A DNA stretch of 32,000 nucleotides from Candidatus Kuenenia stuttgartensis (lineage in GTDB: Bacteria; Planctomycetota; Brocadiia; Brocadiales; Brocadiaceae): assembly GCF_900232105.1 (NCBI RefSeq), contig NZ_LT934425.1, forward strand, positions 510,001 to 542,000, in the 5' to 3' direction. The notes beneath the pieces are model-generated. The model did no database searches. It saw nothing but the letters and a program-made list of their open reading frames with translations, and was not told where the DNA came from. Position 1 is the first letter of the stretch. Every line of letters starts with the position of its first letter. Below, piece after piece: positions 8,852 to 19,378 of the stretch. The translations under genes were made by a program, and so were the position numbers.

Positions 8852-9053
8852 TAAAAAATGGGTTAGCTAATTTATGGGGAAATGGAACAAAAAGTGTAAC
8901 TTCTCAACTTATTGAAAAGTTATAAAAAAACACCATTTGTCGGCTATATGCGTTTTACAATAGTGGGTTTACTGGAAAAACGAAAGTGCCTTCCCTGGGC
9001 TTAAGTTGGCTTGGGAAAAAACCGCCGCAGATGACTGTTGTTGCTGTTAATGT

Positions 9054-9135
9054 AGAGACGCATTGCATGCGTCTCTTTGTTGTGTCAACATTTTCTTTAC
9101 GCATAGCAGTTTCCAGACGCATGCAATGCGTCTCT
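9054..9135. repeat. palindromic repeat pair (gtagagacgcattgcatgcgtctct type)
   Basis: 21-bp perfect inverted arms 9054-9074 and 9115-9135; each arm is itself nearly palindromic. Confidence 0.85.
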
Positions 9136-9176
9136 ATAAAAATATTGAAATTCTTAAACATAAATTTAAGCGGACG

Positions 9177-10040
9177 TTATTTTCCGGGAATACATTTTTT
9201 TATTATATAGGCGATAAAAAATATTGCGCCTAATAATGCCACATCTATAGGGCCAATGGGCAAATCAAAACAATAGGAAATATAAAAACCGGTAAAGGCG
9301 GCAAAAACACCAATGATTGAGGAAACAATACAAAAGGGGAAAATTCCGCGGGTAATCATCCTTGCGGTTATTGCGGGCAATAGCAAAAACCCAAAAATAA
9401 CCATTGGGCCTACCGCCATAACACCAAAAGATATAACGATACCGATGATTAAAAAAAGCAAAATGTCCCATAAAATAACTTTTTTCCCCATGACAACTGC
9501 CATATCGCTATCGAATGAAATTAACATAAAGTTACGGTGATATCCGGTGAGAAAAATAAAAATAATTCCATAAATTGCGAATGTTGCCCATAGATATGCA
9601 TCCGGAATTGCAACAATTTCTCCCTTTAGCAAAGAAATTAACTCCGAATGTCCGTGTGGATTCCATGAAACAAATAAAACAGATGCAGCCCCTGCAACGG
9701 CATACGTAAATCCAATGCGATTTTCTGTAAAACCCTTCCCTTTCCTTTCTAAAATGGCTAATAGAAAGATGGCAAGGATGGTAAAAAAAATGGAACCTGT
9801 AAGTGCCATAGCCTTTTCAGATTCAACATGAGGAAAAAAATGCCATCCCAAAGTATGCATAAAGAATGCAAAGGTAATCCCTGCATTTGATACCTGGGGA
9901 AGCGCAATGCCCATCAATATCATGCGACGCAATACAAAGAAAATCCCTACCTGTGGACAAACAAAGCCTATCACCAGTCCTACATAGAAAGAATTTCTCA
10001 GGAGAAAGTTCGGGTTGAGTATTTCAAAAAGGTATTCCAT
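9177..10040 (-). CDS. metal (Zn/Mn/Fe) ABC transporter permease, ZnuB/MntB family
   Basis: GIFFVLRRMILMGIALPQVSNAGI...; multiple TMs, TGFYISYCFDLPIGP; adjacent ATPase and binding-protein genes. Confidence 0.88.
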   Translation of the reverse strand: MEYLFEILNPNFLLRNSFYVGLVIGFVCPQVGIFFVLRRMILMGIALPQVSNAGITFAFFMHTLGWHFFPHVESEKAMALTGSIFFTILAIFLLAILERKGKGFTENRIGFTYAVAGAASVLFVSWNPHGHSELISLLKGEIVAIPDAYLWATFAIYGIIFIFLTGYHRNFMLISFDSDMAVVMGKKVILWDILLFLIIGIVISFGVMAVGPMVIFGFLLLPAITARMITRGIFPFCIVSSIIGVFAAFTGFYISYCFDLPIGPIDVALLGAIFFIAYIIKKCIPGK

Positions 10041-10086
10041 ACATTTTGTGTATAAAAAGTAATTTCTTTAAAAATGTTTCTTCTTC

Positions 10087-10758
10087 TCATTTTGCATTTT
10101 CTACCACCGCCGCATTATTTTTGATGTGGATTTTTTTGTTTACCCATGCCGGTATACTGAAAGATTCATGCGTTATCATCATGACAGTAAGATGATGTTT
10201 CTCATGCAACATTGTGATAAGTTCCATAATCATTTTCACTGCATCGACGTCAATTCCTGCGACAGGTTCATCCAGTAGTAATATATTCGGATTTGTTGCC
10301 AGTGCGCGGGCAATGAGCACCCTTTGTTTTTGACCGCCGGACAATTCCGAAAACAATTTTCTTTTAGATTCCAGCATTCCAACATCCATTAAACATTGTT
10401 TTGCTAAAATACGACTTTTTGCAGGAGTGAATGAAAAGGGTTTTATTTGCCCAAATGTACCCATCAATACTATATCTAGTGCCGTAAACGGATAGATTTC
10501 GTCCAGGGACTGGCTTTGCGGTACATAACCAAACCTTTGCGGTGTATTGTTCTGGTAAATAATATTACCATGTAAAGGCGGAATAATGCGGAGGATGGTC
10601 TTGAAAAGCGTTGTCTTGCCGGAACCATTTTGTCCAAATAAAACAATAGCATCCCCTCTGTTTATGGAAAAATTTATGCCCTCCAGTATCGGCGTCCCGC
10701 GATACCCAATGGACACATTTGCCAGATTAATACAACTATTCTCATCCATATTTACCAT
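10087..10758 (-). CDS. metal ABC transporter ATP-binding protein, ZnuC family
   Basis: Walker A GQNGSGKTT, signature LSGGQKQRV, Walker B LLLDEP. Confidence 0.92.
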   Translation of the reverse strand: MVNMDENSCINLANVSIGYRGTPILEGINFSINRGDAIVLFGQNGSGKTTLFKTILRIIPPLHGNIIYQNNTPQRFGYVPQSQSLDEIYPFTALDIVLMGTFGQIKPFSFTPAKSRILAKQCLMDVGMLESKRKLFSELSGGQKQRVLIARALATNPNILLLDEPVAGIDVDAVKMIMELITMLHEKHHLTVMMITHESFSIPAWVNKKIHIKNNAAVVENAK

Positions 10759-10829
10759 TTTATCAATCTGATGTTAGTTCACTAATAATATTTTCCGGCT
10801 TATAAATAACCGGGCATATTACTTCGTTA

Positions 10830-11573
10830 TCACAAAGTCTGCGCAAATACATAATCAAAAGGAAACTTATCTCCGGGACATTCTGTGGTTTTACAGTCTT
10901 TATGCATAAGAATATTTTCCGCAGGGATATTGTATTGCTTTTGCAGATATTGTACCAAAACAACAAGTGACGCCATTTGCGCCCTTGAAGGATATGATTC
11001 GTTAAAATTTCCGACCATACATATCCCTATACCATAACGGTTATATTTATTTATTCCAACGTGCGCCCCGCTTAGTTGTTTTACCCATCTGTTCCCAATT
11101 TCAATCTCGCCTTTTCCGGAGCCATTTCCATTACCCACCACAAAATGATATCCTAACCCATTTTTCCAATGTCTTGTTTCTCTGTGATATTTATCAAATT
11201 CAGCGGCATTTCCTGACTTTGTGGCGCTATGATGAATGACAATATATTTCCATTCACGTACTTTGTAGTGTTCAATTTGTCTGTTTATACCGGCCAAGCC
11301 TGCTTTAAGATGTTCTTCGGCAATAGTTGGTCTGTGTACCGGCAGTATGAGATAAACAAACAAACAGGCAATTGCAGGGAAAAACAGGTAAATATACCGG
11401 TAACGTTTACATTGAACACGCATGATGCTGTTATAAAGAAGACGATTACCGTTTTTCATAAAAACCATACGCATGTCCCTAAGCTGGCATAGCCAGAACC
11501 AAACAAGCAAGAAATAAAAAATACGAAATACGAAACAAATCCAAAACATACTTATCTGCGTGCGACCACGCAC
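10830..11573 (-). CDS. N-acetylmuramoyl-L-alanine amidase (amidase_2/PGRP fold); the true start is probably downstream, e.g. 11423
   Basis: WKYIVIHHSATKSGNAAEFDKYHRE...GLGYHFVVGNG...GAHVG...HKDCKTTECPGDKFP. The first ~35 aa of the long ORF are translated dispersed repeat. Confidence 0.85.
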   Translation of the reverse strand: MRGRTQISMFWICFVFRIFYFLLVWFWLCQLRDMRMVFMKNGNRLLYNSIMRVQCKRYRYIYLFFPAIACLFVYLILPVHRPTIAEEHLKAGLAGINRQIEHYKVREWKYIVIHHSATKSGNAAEFDKYHRETRHWKNGLGYHFVVGNGNGSGKGEIEIGNRWVKQLSGAHVGINKYNRYGIGICMVGNFNESYPSRAQMASLVVLVQYLQKQYNIPAENILMHKDCKTTECPGDKFPFDYVFAQTL

Positions 11574-11779
11574 AGGCAGGCAACGATATGAAACGCGAGA
11601 TACGAAAGGTGCACTTGTTTATAATTTCAAATCATTTTGTCATTAGAATTTGCTTCGGATTTCACAATTATCGGATTTCAACATTAAATATTTTGCCAAA
11701 AAGTACGCACTTACGAATGGAAGTGTGCAAAGAAATTACTGCATAAGGTACTAACTAACCGAAGAAAGATCATTTATTA

Positions 11780-12706
11780 TTACTTTTTCAACGATGATAC
11801 AATTTTATCAACATTATAATCAAAAAGAGAGAGATAGTCCTCTGTTTCTTTTTGCCCACCCGGCATAATTGGCAGTGCGATAATGGTTGCTCCTGTTTTA
11901 TCCGCTACAAATTCAGACATCCTGCGTTCCCGAAATGGTTCAACAATAATAAGTTTCACTCCCTCTCTTTTCATCATGGGAATAAGTTCATTAATATGTG
12001 TGGGAGAAGGAGGAATGCCAGGTTTAGGCTCAAGTGTCCCCACCACATCAAGATTGAAACGTTTTGCAAAGTAAGGATATGTTTTATGATAAGTGATTAC
12101 TTTTGTCCCCTTAAAAGGCGCTAATTTTTTTTCCCATTCAGCCAGTTTTATTTTCAGTTTTTCAATAAACGCATTATAATTGCCTTCGTAATACGAACAA
12201 TTTGCCGGGTCAATATCGCATAATCGTTCACTTATTTGTCTTGCAATCGTCATTCCGTTTAAAGGATCGAGGGTAAAATGAGGATTCCCCATAGAATGAA
12301 CATCCCCCATCGAACGGTCGGACATCAAAGGATCCGGTATTTCCAGAGGATTGATTCCTTTTGAGGCAAGGATATATCCGGAATGTCCCGGAAGTATATT
12401 TTTATTTCTTGCCCCTATTATGAGATTCCGCAGCCAGCCAATCTCTAATTCCATCCCCACTTCAATGAATAAATCCGCTTTGTTCAGCTTTACGATAAAG
12501 CTTGGCTTCGCATCAACAAAATGCGGATCTTCCGTGGGTTTTGCAATGCTTGTTGTTGTAACATAGTCCCCGCCGATTTCTTTCGCCAAAGATTCCAGGT
12601 CAGCGGTTGACGTTACAATCTTTATTTTATCTGCGTAAGAAAATGTTTGCAGAGACACGAGAAATAATAACCATAACCACAGATAGGGTAGAATTTTTGC
12701 TTTCAT
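11780..12706 (-). CDS. metal ABC transporter substrate-binding protein, ZnuA/TroA family
   Basis: Signal peptide; DPHFVDAKPS, MGNPHFTLDPLNG, KVITYHKTYPYFAKRFNL motifs. Confidence 0.9.
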   Translation of the reverse strand: MKAKILPYLWLWLLFLVSLQTFSYADKIKIVTSTADLESLAKEIGGDYVTTTSIAKPTEDPHFVDAKPSFIVKLNKADLFIEVGMELEIGWLRNLIIGARNKNILPGHSGYILASKGINPLEIPDPLMSDRSMGDVHSMGNPHFTLDPLNGMTIARQISERLCDIDPANCSYYEGNYNAFIEKLKIKLAEWEKKLAPFKGTKVITYHKTYPYFAKRFNLDVVGTLEPKPGIPPSPTHINELIPMMKREGVKLIIVEPFRERRMSEFVADKTGATIIALPIMPGGQKETEDYLSLFDYNVDKIVSSLKK

Positions 12707-12820
12707 AGATTTACCTCTTTTTATCGTTGATTTTTCAATAAAATGCTAAAAAACATCTTTAACGTGGGGGTTCAGGTTGCAACCCGCCTGTGGGAAGATA
12801 CGTTTTTCTTGTTTAGTAAT

Positions 12821-14461
12821 TTAGAATTTATGCGCTCCATGCGACCCTAACAGAAATTCAAACTGGAGAATTACGGAATGTTCGGTACTGTCATTTCCCA
12901 GTATATTATCATAGTTATATTGAAGCCTTATCTTTGAAAATTCGGATGGGTAAAATGTGAGATTGGGGGAGAGTCGCCCGCGCTCAAAACCTAATGGGTC
13001 TGATGCTTCTTTTTCTCCATCCACATAATCACCGCGAAGTCCGACAACCCATCTTCTTTTAAATCCCCAGCATACCTGAGAATAGGCGCCCCAGTTATTC
13101 ATTATTTCATTAGACATTCCTGCATTTACATCTTCACCCGCCTCGAAACGTCTGCCCATAATCTCCGTTTGCCACGTTACAAAGGGGAATCCCCCAGCGG
13201 CATATTTAGATTTCCACTTCCAGAACATATCAAGACCGTAAATGATTGTATCTTTATCCCTTCCTGTAGAATTTGGGCCAAATGTCGCCGAGGCGCCTAA
13301 TAAAACAGTCGTTTCATCCGTTACTTCGAAAGAAGTTGTAATACGTGGCGTATACAGCATGTCTTCCATGCCGCGTACGCGGGTTTCAACTGCCTCACGC
13401 CCAAACAGTGCTTCTTCATTCCTGAAACTGTGTGCCGTTTCTCCCTGACTGTTCTGCACTGTAAAAAATAATTCCGTATAGTTGCTTGTGGGCGCCAGCC
13501 ATGAAAGTCTTGCCCCTGGCCCTCTCATCCCATCAGGTCCCAGAAATCTGCCATTGACTAATGGTTGGTCTGCAAAGTCCCATGCGTGGGGATGGAATGG
13601 ATTCAGCCTCCCAAATTCGGTAAAGAAGGTGCCTGCTTTTGCCTGCAGGTTAAGCGGAAGCGACATGGATGTCAAGAAAGCCTCTTCCACCTCAAGAAAT
13701 GATTCACCATCATTGTCGATCTGAAATACAATGTTTGCTTGTCCCTTAAAGTACGGATCTACTGCCCCATCAAATGTAGTTTCTAAATTTTGAACCGTAA
13801 ACCCACGCTGATTAGCATCGTGTCCGCCCATGTTAAGGTTTTCCAAATCTTTAGCAGTCGAGCCTGCTGCGGCAAATAGACCATCAAATGAAATATTCAT
13901 ATAACTCTTTCCCATGCTCCACAAATTAATCGGTTGTGCCGTAGACCATTTTCCCGGAGCCTGATCAGGAGTAAGTTGCGCAGTAGCCGTGTAATCCAGT
14001 TCCTCTTTCTCAATAGCATCATATTTTAATTCCATGTCTTTAAGCTGTTTTTCTTTATCCTGAAGTTGTTTTACAACGTCTTCAAATTCTTCTTTTTTTA
14101 CGTAAACGCCTTCAAGGCCGGCAAGCTTTGCGTCAACTTCCGCAGGCAGCGATTCTTTTTCAGTTAATTGCGCCTTTTCTTTTTCTAAAGTAGCAATTTT
14201 TTCCTGCATTTTATCTAAACGGCTGTTGTAATCCCGTTTCATTTCTTCAATAAGCATCTTCATATCCTGAAATTGATTCATCATCGCATCGAAATCCTCT
14301 TTTTTCATATGAACACCATCTTCGGCAAGATTTAATTTTTCAGCTATGTGTTCCGAAGACGATTGATTTCCAAATTTTGAAAAATCTTCAGAAAATACCA
14401 TGGACACACAATTCACTGCGAAAAACACAAAGAAAAAAATTAAAAATGGCATGTATTTCAT
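12821..14461 (-). CDS. outer-membrane porin-like protein with N-terminal coiled coil
   Basis: Signal peptide from Met at 14461 (MKYMPFLIFFFVFFAVNCVSMVFS), coiled coil, then a beta-barrel-like C-terminus ending in KF; GGAGAGGA RBS. Confidence 0.75.
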   Translation of the reverse strand: MKYMPFLIFFFVFFAVNCVSMVFSEDFSKFGNQSSSEHIAEKLNLAEDGVHMKKEDFDAMMNQFQDMKMLIEEMKRDYNSRLDKMQEKIATLEKEKAQLTEKESLPAEVDAKLAGLEGVYVKKEEFEDVVKQLQDKEKQLKDMELKYDAIEKEELDYTATAQLTPDQAPGKWSTAQPINLWSMGKSYMNISFDGLFAAAGSTAKDLENLNMGGHDANQRGFTVQNLETTFDGAVDPYFKGQANIVFQIDNDGESFLEVEEAFLTSMSLPLNLQAKAGTFFTEFGRLNPFHPHAWDFADQPLVNGRFLGPDGMRGPGARLSWLAPTSNYTELFFTVQNSQGETAHSFRNEEALFGREAVETRVRGMEDMLYTPRITTSFEVTDETTVLLGASATFGPNSTGRDKDTIIYGLDMFWKWKSKYAAGGFPFVTWQTEIMGRRFEAGEDVNAGMSNEIMNNWGAYSQVCWGFKRRWVVGLRGDYVDGEKEASDPLGFERGRLSPNLTFYPSEFSKIRLQYNYDNILGNDSTEHSVILQFEFLLGSHGAHKF

Positions 14462-14708
14462 AACAATCCTCTCCTGTATTCCGGGTTTATTACTCAGTAA
14501 CGTATAATTTGATTGCGTTTTTTTGAGCGTATGTGGAAATATCCAGACAGGCAGTTTGCGAAAAATATGCCTCGTTATGAGGCAGCGCTGCTGCATATAC
14601 ATATTATTTTGCGGAGGATAAACCATCAGAAACGCGAAGGCAGTGAACGCCTTTTGTACGTATATCAGTGGTATATTTTTTCAGGTTTTTACCCGCAAAT
14701 GCCTGTCT

Positions 14709-15107
14709 TTATGATAAAAGAAATACAGGGATATTGGGTGGAGGACGTATTGTGAGTTTATGAATGGTGGTTGAAGTGAGAACAGAATGTGTTGGGGCGG
14801 AAATGATAGAGGTGATGCCGGCAAATGTTTCGAACGTAAGAAATTGGCACGTTAGGGAGGATGTTTTTAACCATTGGCATATTTGGCATGTTTCAGGGTT
14901 GTGCTGCCCGGCATCTTCCTGATGTTTAATTTGTGCGTCTGTTGTTTCTTCTACAACATGAGCTTGGGTATGGTCACACTCGCTTACCCCAAAACTACTA
15001 TTATGAAAGCCGCCTACGGTAAGCGTCAGTAAAAGATAAGGAATAAGGAACGTCAGAACTGAGGTATTGATAAATTTTTTATTTTGCAGACTATGTTGAA
15101 GAAACAT
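14709..15107 (-). CDS. small Cys/His-containing membrane/secreted hypothetical protein
   Basis: N-terminal hydrophobic helix, CDHTQAH...HQEDAGQHNPETCQICQW; same strand as the metal uptake genes. Confidence 0.5.
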   Translation of the reverse strand: MFLQHSLQNKKFINTSVLTFLIPYLLLTLTVGGFHNSSFGVSECDHTQAHVVEETTDAQIKHQEDAGQHNPETCQICQWLKTSSLTCQFLTFETFAGITSIISAPTHSVLTSTTIHKLTIRPPPNIPVFLLS

Positions 15108-15406
15108 GGCATGAATTCAGTGTAAAAAAAGATTTTTATTAAACACGATAGTTATGCTAGATACTTTTCTACATCAAGTCAAGCTTAAAATATGGTGTTG
15201 TTACATTATAAAATAATTGTGACAGCAAGTGGAAATCCATAGTTCCCGCCAATAAAAACATCTTTTTCTTGTAAGTTTTTGAAAGGCATGTGTTTTTAAT
15301 TGATTATATGGGGCTTGCAATCCAAAATTGTATGTGATAAAGTCGGAACCTTTGTCATGCTATACCTTACTGGTTCACCAATTGTGATTTCTTAAAAGTT
15401 GCTGTT

Positions 15407-15433
15407 GTAGAGCAAAGAGACTCTTCGCTCTAC
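15407..15433. repeat. near-palindromic hairpin gtagagcaaagag-a-ctcttcgctctac
   Basis: 12/13 complementary arms; GTAGAG...CTCTAC ends like other repeats in the window. Confidence 0.65.
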
Positions 15434-15510
15434 ATTTCGTGATTTGCGAACCTGTAAGATATACTTTCTTAATTTTACAAAAAAGGACTTTTGTGCATAA
15501 AGGCGAATAA

Positions 15511-17292
15511 ATGACACTAGATTTTAAAATGTGGTATACATTATCATTGCTTATCATCATGAGCATTCTGCTTATCTTTGATATCATAGAGCTGGAAGTA
15601 TTGTTTTTTTCTATATTACTGCTTTTGCTTATGGGAAAAATAATCACATTAGAGGAGGCGTTCGCGGGATTTTCAAACGTCGGCATGCTCACCATTGCCC
15701 TTTTGTTTGTCATTGCAGGCGCATTAAGCAACACCGGTATGTTAAAGCAAATTAGCCCAATTATATTGGGAAAAGAAAATACCCGTATTAGTCATACATT
15801 ATTAAGACTTTTATTCCCCGTATCAATCATCTCTGCATTTATAAATAATACCCCTGTTGTGGCGATGTTTATCCCAACGATACGTGCGTGGACGGAAAAA
15901 CATCATTACGCTCCCTCTAAATACCTGATTCCGCTTTCTTATGGCGCGATATTGGGTGGGATGTGTACGCTTATCGGCACAAGTACAAATCTGATAATTC
16001 ATGGGTTAATGATTGATTATGGCATGGAAGGATTGGGATTTTTTGAGATTTCAAAGATAGGCATACCTGTCACCATTTTAGGTATTTTATTTATGAGTTT
16101 TTTAGGCCATCGCTTGCTTCCTAACAGAAAAGAGCCATTGATTGAATTAGGTGAACACACCAGGGAATTTGTCATAGAACTGAAAGTTACACAGGAATAT
16201 GAAAACATAGGAAAGACCATAGAAAACGCCGGACTGAGAAGGTTGAAGGGACTCTTCCTTTTTCAAATTGAGAGAAATGGGCGGAGAATCGCTCCTGCAA
16301 AACCGGATGAAAAAATACTATTAGACGACAGATTGTTTTTTACCGGGATTCCAAAGACTATTTTGGAATTGCAGAAGATTCCAGGATTGCAGTTGACGAA
16401 GGATTCACACTTTAATCTCAAACAATATGATTCAGCGGAAATAAGGACATTTGAGTGCGTTGTTTCCCGAGGTTCTCCCTTAGTAGGGAAAACGGTTCGT
16501 GATAGCGATTTTCGTTCTAAGTATGAGGCGGTTATTATTGCAATACACCGGCATGGGGAACGTATTGCAAAAAAAATTGGCGATATTGGTTTGCGTCCGG
16601 GTGATACCCTGTTGCTGCTGGCAGGAAAGAATTTTTATAAAAGGTGGTACCATTCAAAGGATTTTTATCTCATTGCGGTTGCAGAGACATTGCCTTCTAA
16701 ACCTCAGTGGAGGGGATATGTTTCTTTGGGCGTATTTTTTATGATGATTATTTTGACAGTGGCAAATATTCTTCCCCTCTTGTCTGCCGCAGGTTTAGGG
16801 GTTATTATTCTGGTTTTAACCAGAACGGCAAATGCCGGTGAAGCCAGAAGGACGATTGATTGGCGGGTGCTTATAATCATTGCAATGTCCCTGGGAATTG
16901 CAAATGCCGTAAAACAATCCGGCCTTGCGGATGTTTTGGCGCATATAATCGTCAGGATTGGAGATCATTTTGGCGTGCTTGGGGTATTGGCAAGCATTTA
17001 TTTTTTCACAAGCATTTATACATTAGTCATTACGAATAATGCGGCGGCTGCAATGTTGTTTCCGATAGCTGTTTCTGCCGCTTCCGCTATCAATGTAGAC
17101 CAGCGCGGATTTGCCATCGCCATCATGATCGCCGCCTCTGCCAGCTTTGCAACTCCCATTAGTTATCAGACAAATTTGATGGTATATAGTCCTGGTGGTT
17201 ACAGATTCAGGGATTATCTGATGATAGGGGCGCCTTTGCAGCTTGGGATTGGGGCAATAGCGATAGCCTTGATCTATTGTTTTTATTTTTAA
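15511..17292 (+). CDS. SLC13/ArsB-type permease with central TrkA-C domains
   Basis: FINNTPVVAMFIPTIRAW, LIGTSTNLIIHGLM, duplicated TrkA-C (TVRDSDFRSKYEAVIIAIHRHGE), TNNAAAAMLFPI. Translation could also start at 15529 (MWYT). Confidence 0.88.
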   Translation: MTLDFKMWYTLSLLIIMSILLIFDIIELEVLFFSILLLLLMGKIITLEEAFAGFSNVGMLTIALLFVIAGALSNTGMLKQISPIILGKENTRISHTLLRLLFPVSIISAFINNTPVVAMFIPTIRAWTEKHHYAPSKYLIPLSYGAILGGMCTLIGTSTNLIIHGLMIDYGMEGLGFFEISKIGIPVTILGILFMSFLGHRLLPNRKEPLIELGEHTREFVIELKVTQEYENIGKTIENAGLRRLKGLFLFQIERNGRRIAPAKPDEKILLDDRLFFTGIPKTILELQKIPGLQLTKDSHFNLKQYDSAEIRTFECVVSRGSPLVGKTVRDSDFRSKYEAVIIAIHRHGERIAKKIGDIGLRPGDTLLLLAGKNFYKRWYHSKDFYLIAVAETLPSKPQWRGYVSLGVFFMMIILTVANILPLLSAAGLGVIILVLTRTANAGEARRTIDWRVLIIIAMSLGIANAVKQSGLADVLAHIIVRIGDHFGVLGVLASIYFFTSIYTLVITNNAAAAMLFPIAVSAASAINVDQRGFAIAIMIAASASFATPISYQTNLMVYSPGGYRFRDYLMIGAPLQLGIGAIAIALIYCFYF

Positions 17293-17906
17293 ATGAACCC
17301 GCGATACTGTTCGATGGCCAATTGTTTTTTTGCCGGCATGCCAAAAACAATTTTATTACATCATTACTTTGTTAAAATAATATGCAAAACAACCTTAATT
17401 CCCTCTATTTAAAAGGATTTATGCTTTGAAAAATCCTTGATTAATACCATACAATAAGTAGGATGCCGAACGCAAAGGCATACAAAATATATCACTTTAT
17501 GAACGGTTTCAGTGGTTTTTAACAAAGTAATGTTACATTATCAATATTTTTTTGTTTTTTTGGCAAAATATTTAATTATGAACTCCGATAATTGTAAAAC
17601 ACGAAACAAATTCTAATGACAAAATGATTTGAAATTCGAAAGGAATCTGTGTGTATAAGTTGCCAAATGCCTGTTTGTTTTTTCCTATTGTATTTTAACT
17701 ACCATAAATTATAATGAAACCGCTGTGGCTTGCTAGTCACAAAACTAGCGTGGAATCTGTACTAGTATCCATCAACTTCTTGTTTTTAATGCTAGTTTTT
17801 CAAAATGCATAATCGTAAGACATTGATTAGATGAGGTTTCCGTAAAGTTTGTAGCGTTGGTTTTTTTGTCATTTGAATTTGTTTCGTATTTCGTGATTGT
17901 TTGGTT

Positions 17907-17919
17907 CTGGTTATGCCAG
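17907..17919 (+). repeat. dispersed stem-loop repeat (gtttggttctggttatgccagcttag)
   Basis: One of four related copies (about 11484-11496 minus, 17907-17919, 20133-20145, 31688-31702). Confidence 0.7.
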
Positions 17920-18032
17920 CTTAGCTTGTAATGCCCGGCAAAGCAGGGAATTTTCAGTGTCACTCTTCTGCCGGAACAACAATTACAGTTGATAACCTAC
18001 GGGATTGCCTCTTTTTTTCTATCATTTATCGT

Positions 18033-19295
18033 ATGTCTTTTCCTGTCTTGAAAGATACCATTAAAAATATTCTCTCCGTTTTTATAGTTATTTGCCTGAC
18101 AACATTTTTTTCCGCTATAGAACTGTATGCGGAGTTGCCTTCATTTCTCATTCCTCCAAAAGAGTTTTCAGCCTTTGACACACCAAACGACGCCGGAGAG
18201 ACGGTGTCACTCACATGGGAAGCTTCTCCCAGCGACTGTGCAGATGTTTTTTATGTAATTTATGCGGATAAAGAAAAAAATGGTTCCTTTGAAAGGGAAG
18301 CGTTGCATATTCAATCAAATACTTGTTATCGAAAAGGTGTACCTGAAATTTATGGCTACAAGGAAGACAACGGGAATTATCACTATGTGCAGATAAATCC
18401 GCGAAAGGTTTTTAACGAGGAGACCTTGGGAAAAAGGCAGCATTTTTATTTTAAACTTGCTGTAATTTCAGGGGAGGAAAAGGTTTTTTCAGAAAGCATT
18501 GCTTTCGCCACGCCACGCGGAAACTGGCTGGACATGAAAAAGATCAATAATTTTGCTATTATGATTGTTTTTTCCGCCATTGTCCTCTATTTCATCCTGC
18601 ATGCCAGACGGAATCCCGACATGTTTTTGAGGAAGATAGGAGGGCTTGATGCGGTTGATGAAGCCCTGGGACGCGCCACGGAAATGGGTAAACCGGTGCT
18701 TTTTGTGCATGGCTTGACGCCAATGGGTACAATATCAACGATTGCGTCCACCAATATTCTGGGCAGGATTGCCCGCAAAATTGCTGACTACGATGCTACC
18801 CTCAAAGTGGTGAATAGTGACCCGATCGTCATGTCCGTTAGTCAGGAAGTGGTAAAGGAATCTTATCTTGAAGCAGGAAGGCCTGATGCTTACAATCAGG
18901 ATAACGTATTCCTCGTTGCCGCTGAACAATTTCCTTATGTGGCAGCAGTGAGCGGTATCATGACGCGCGAAAGGCCTGCAGCCAATTTTTTTATGGGATA
19001 CTTCTACGCAGAGGCTTTGCTTTTAGCCGAAACAGGCGCATCCACAGGGGCAATACAAATTGCCGGCACTGACGCATATACGCAGTTGCCGTTTTTTATC
19101 ACTACGTGTGACTATACATTGATAGGAGAAGAACTTTACGCTGCAAGCGCTTATTTATCAAGGGAACCAATGCTTATGGGTACGCTCAGGGCGCAGGATG
19201 TAGGGAAAGGGCTTCTCATTATTATATTACTCATAGGTACTGCGCTTGCCAGTTTCGGGCTTACGTTTATTACGCATTTGTTTGAGGCTTTTTGA
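18033..19295 (+). CDS. DUF6754-like membrane protein with an N-terminal Fn3-like extracytoplasmic domain
   Basis: Signal/TM segment; SLTWEASPSDCADVFYVIYAD; C-terminal GAIQIAGTDAYTQLPFFITTCDYTLIGEELYAASAYLSREP. Start taken at the internal Met 18033. Confidence 0.7.
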   Translation: MSFPVLKDTIKNILSVFIVICLTTFFSAIELYAELPSFLIPPKEFSAFDTPNDAGETVSLTWEASPSDCADVFYVIYADKEKNGSFEREALHIQSNTCYRKGVPEIYGYKEDNGNYHYVQINPRKVFNEETLGKRQHFYFKLAVISGEEKVFSESIAFATPRGNWLDMKKINNFAIMIVFSAIVLYFILHARRNPDMFLRKIGGLDAVDEALGRATEMGKPVLFVHGLTPMGTISTIASTNILGRIARKIADYDATLKVVNSDPIVMSVSQEVVKESYLEAGRPDAYNQDNVFLVAAEQFPYVAAVSGIMTRERPAANFFMGYFYAEALLLAETGASTGAIQIAGTDAYTQLPFFITTCDYTLIGEELYAASAYLSREPMLMGTLRAQDVGKGLLIIILLIGTALASFGLTFITHLFEAF

Positions 19296-19378
19296 TCAGG
19301 ATTGCTTGATCAAAAACAATTATATAAATTTTAGTAACACTTTAGTCTTTTGAAAAATTCCCGTTATAGAAAAAATAC

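Noticed and set aside
15375-15734. 119-aa minus-strand ORF
   Set aside because: It overlaps the start of the well-supported SLC13 permease and has no recognisable features.
17293-17930. tRNA or structured ncRNA in the 640-bp intergenic gap
   Set aside because: No cloverleaf or conserved tRNA motifs seen by eye; only AT-rich DNA and fragments of dispersed repeats. Infernal/tRNAscan would be needed to exclude weaker candidates.
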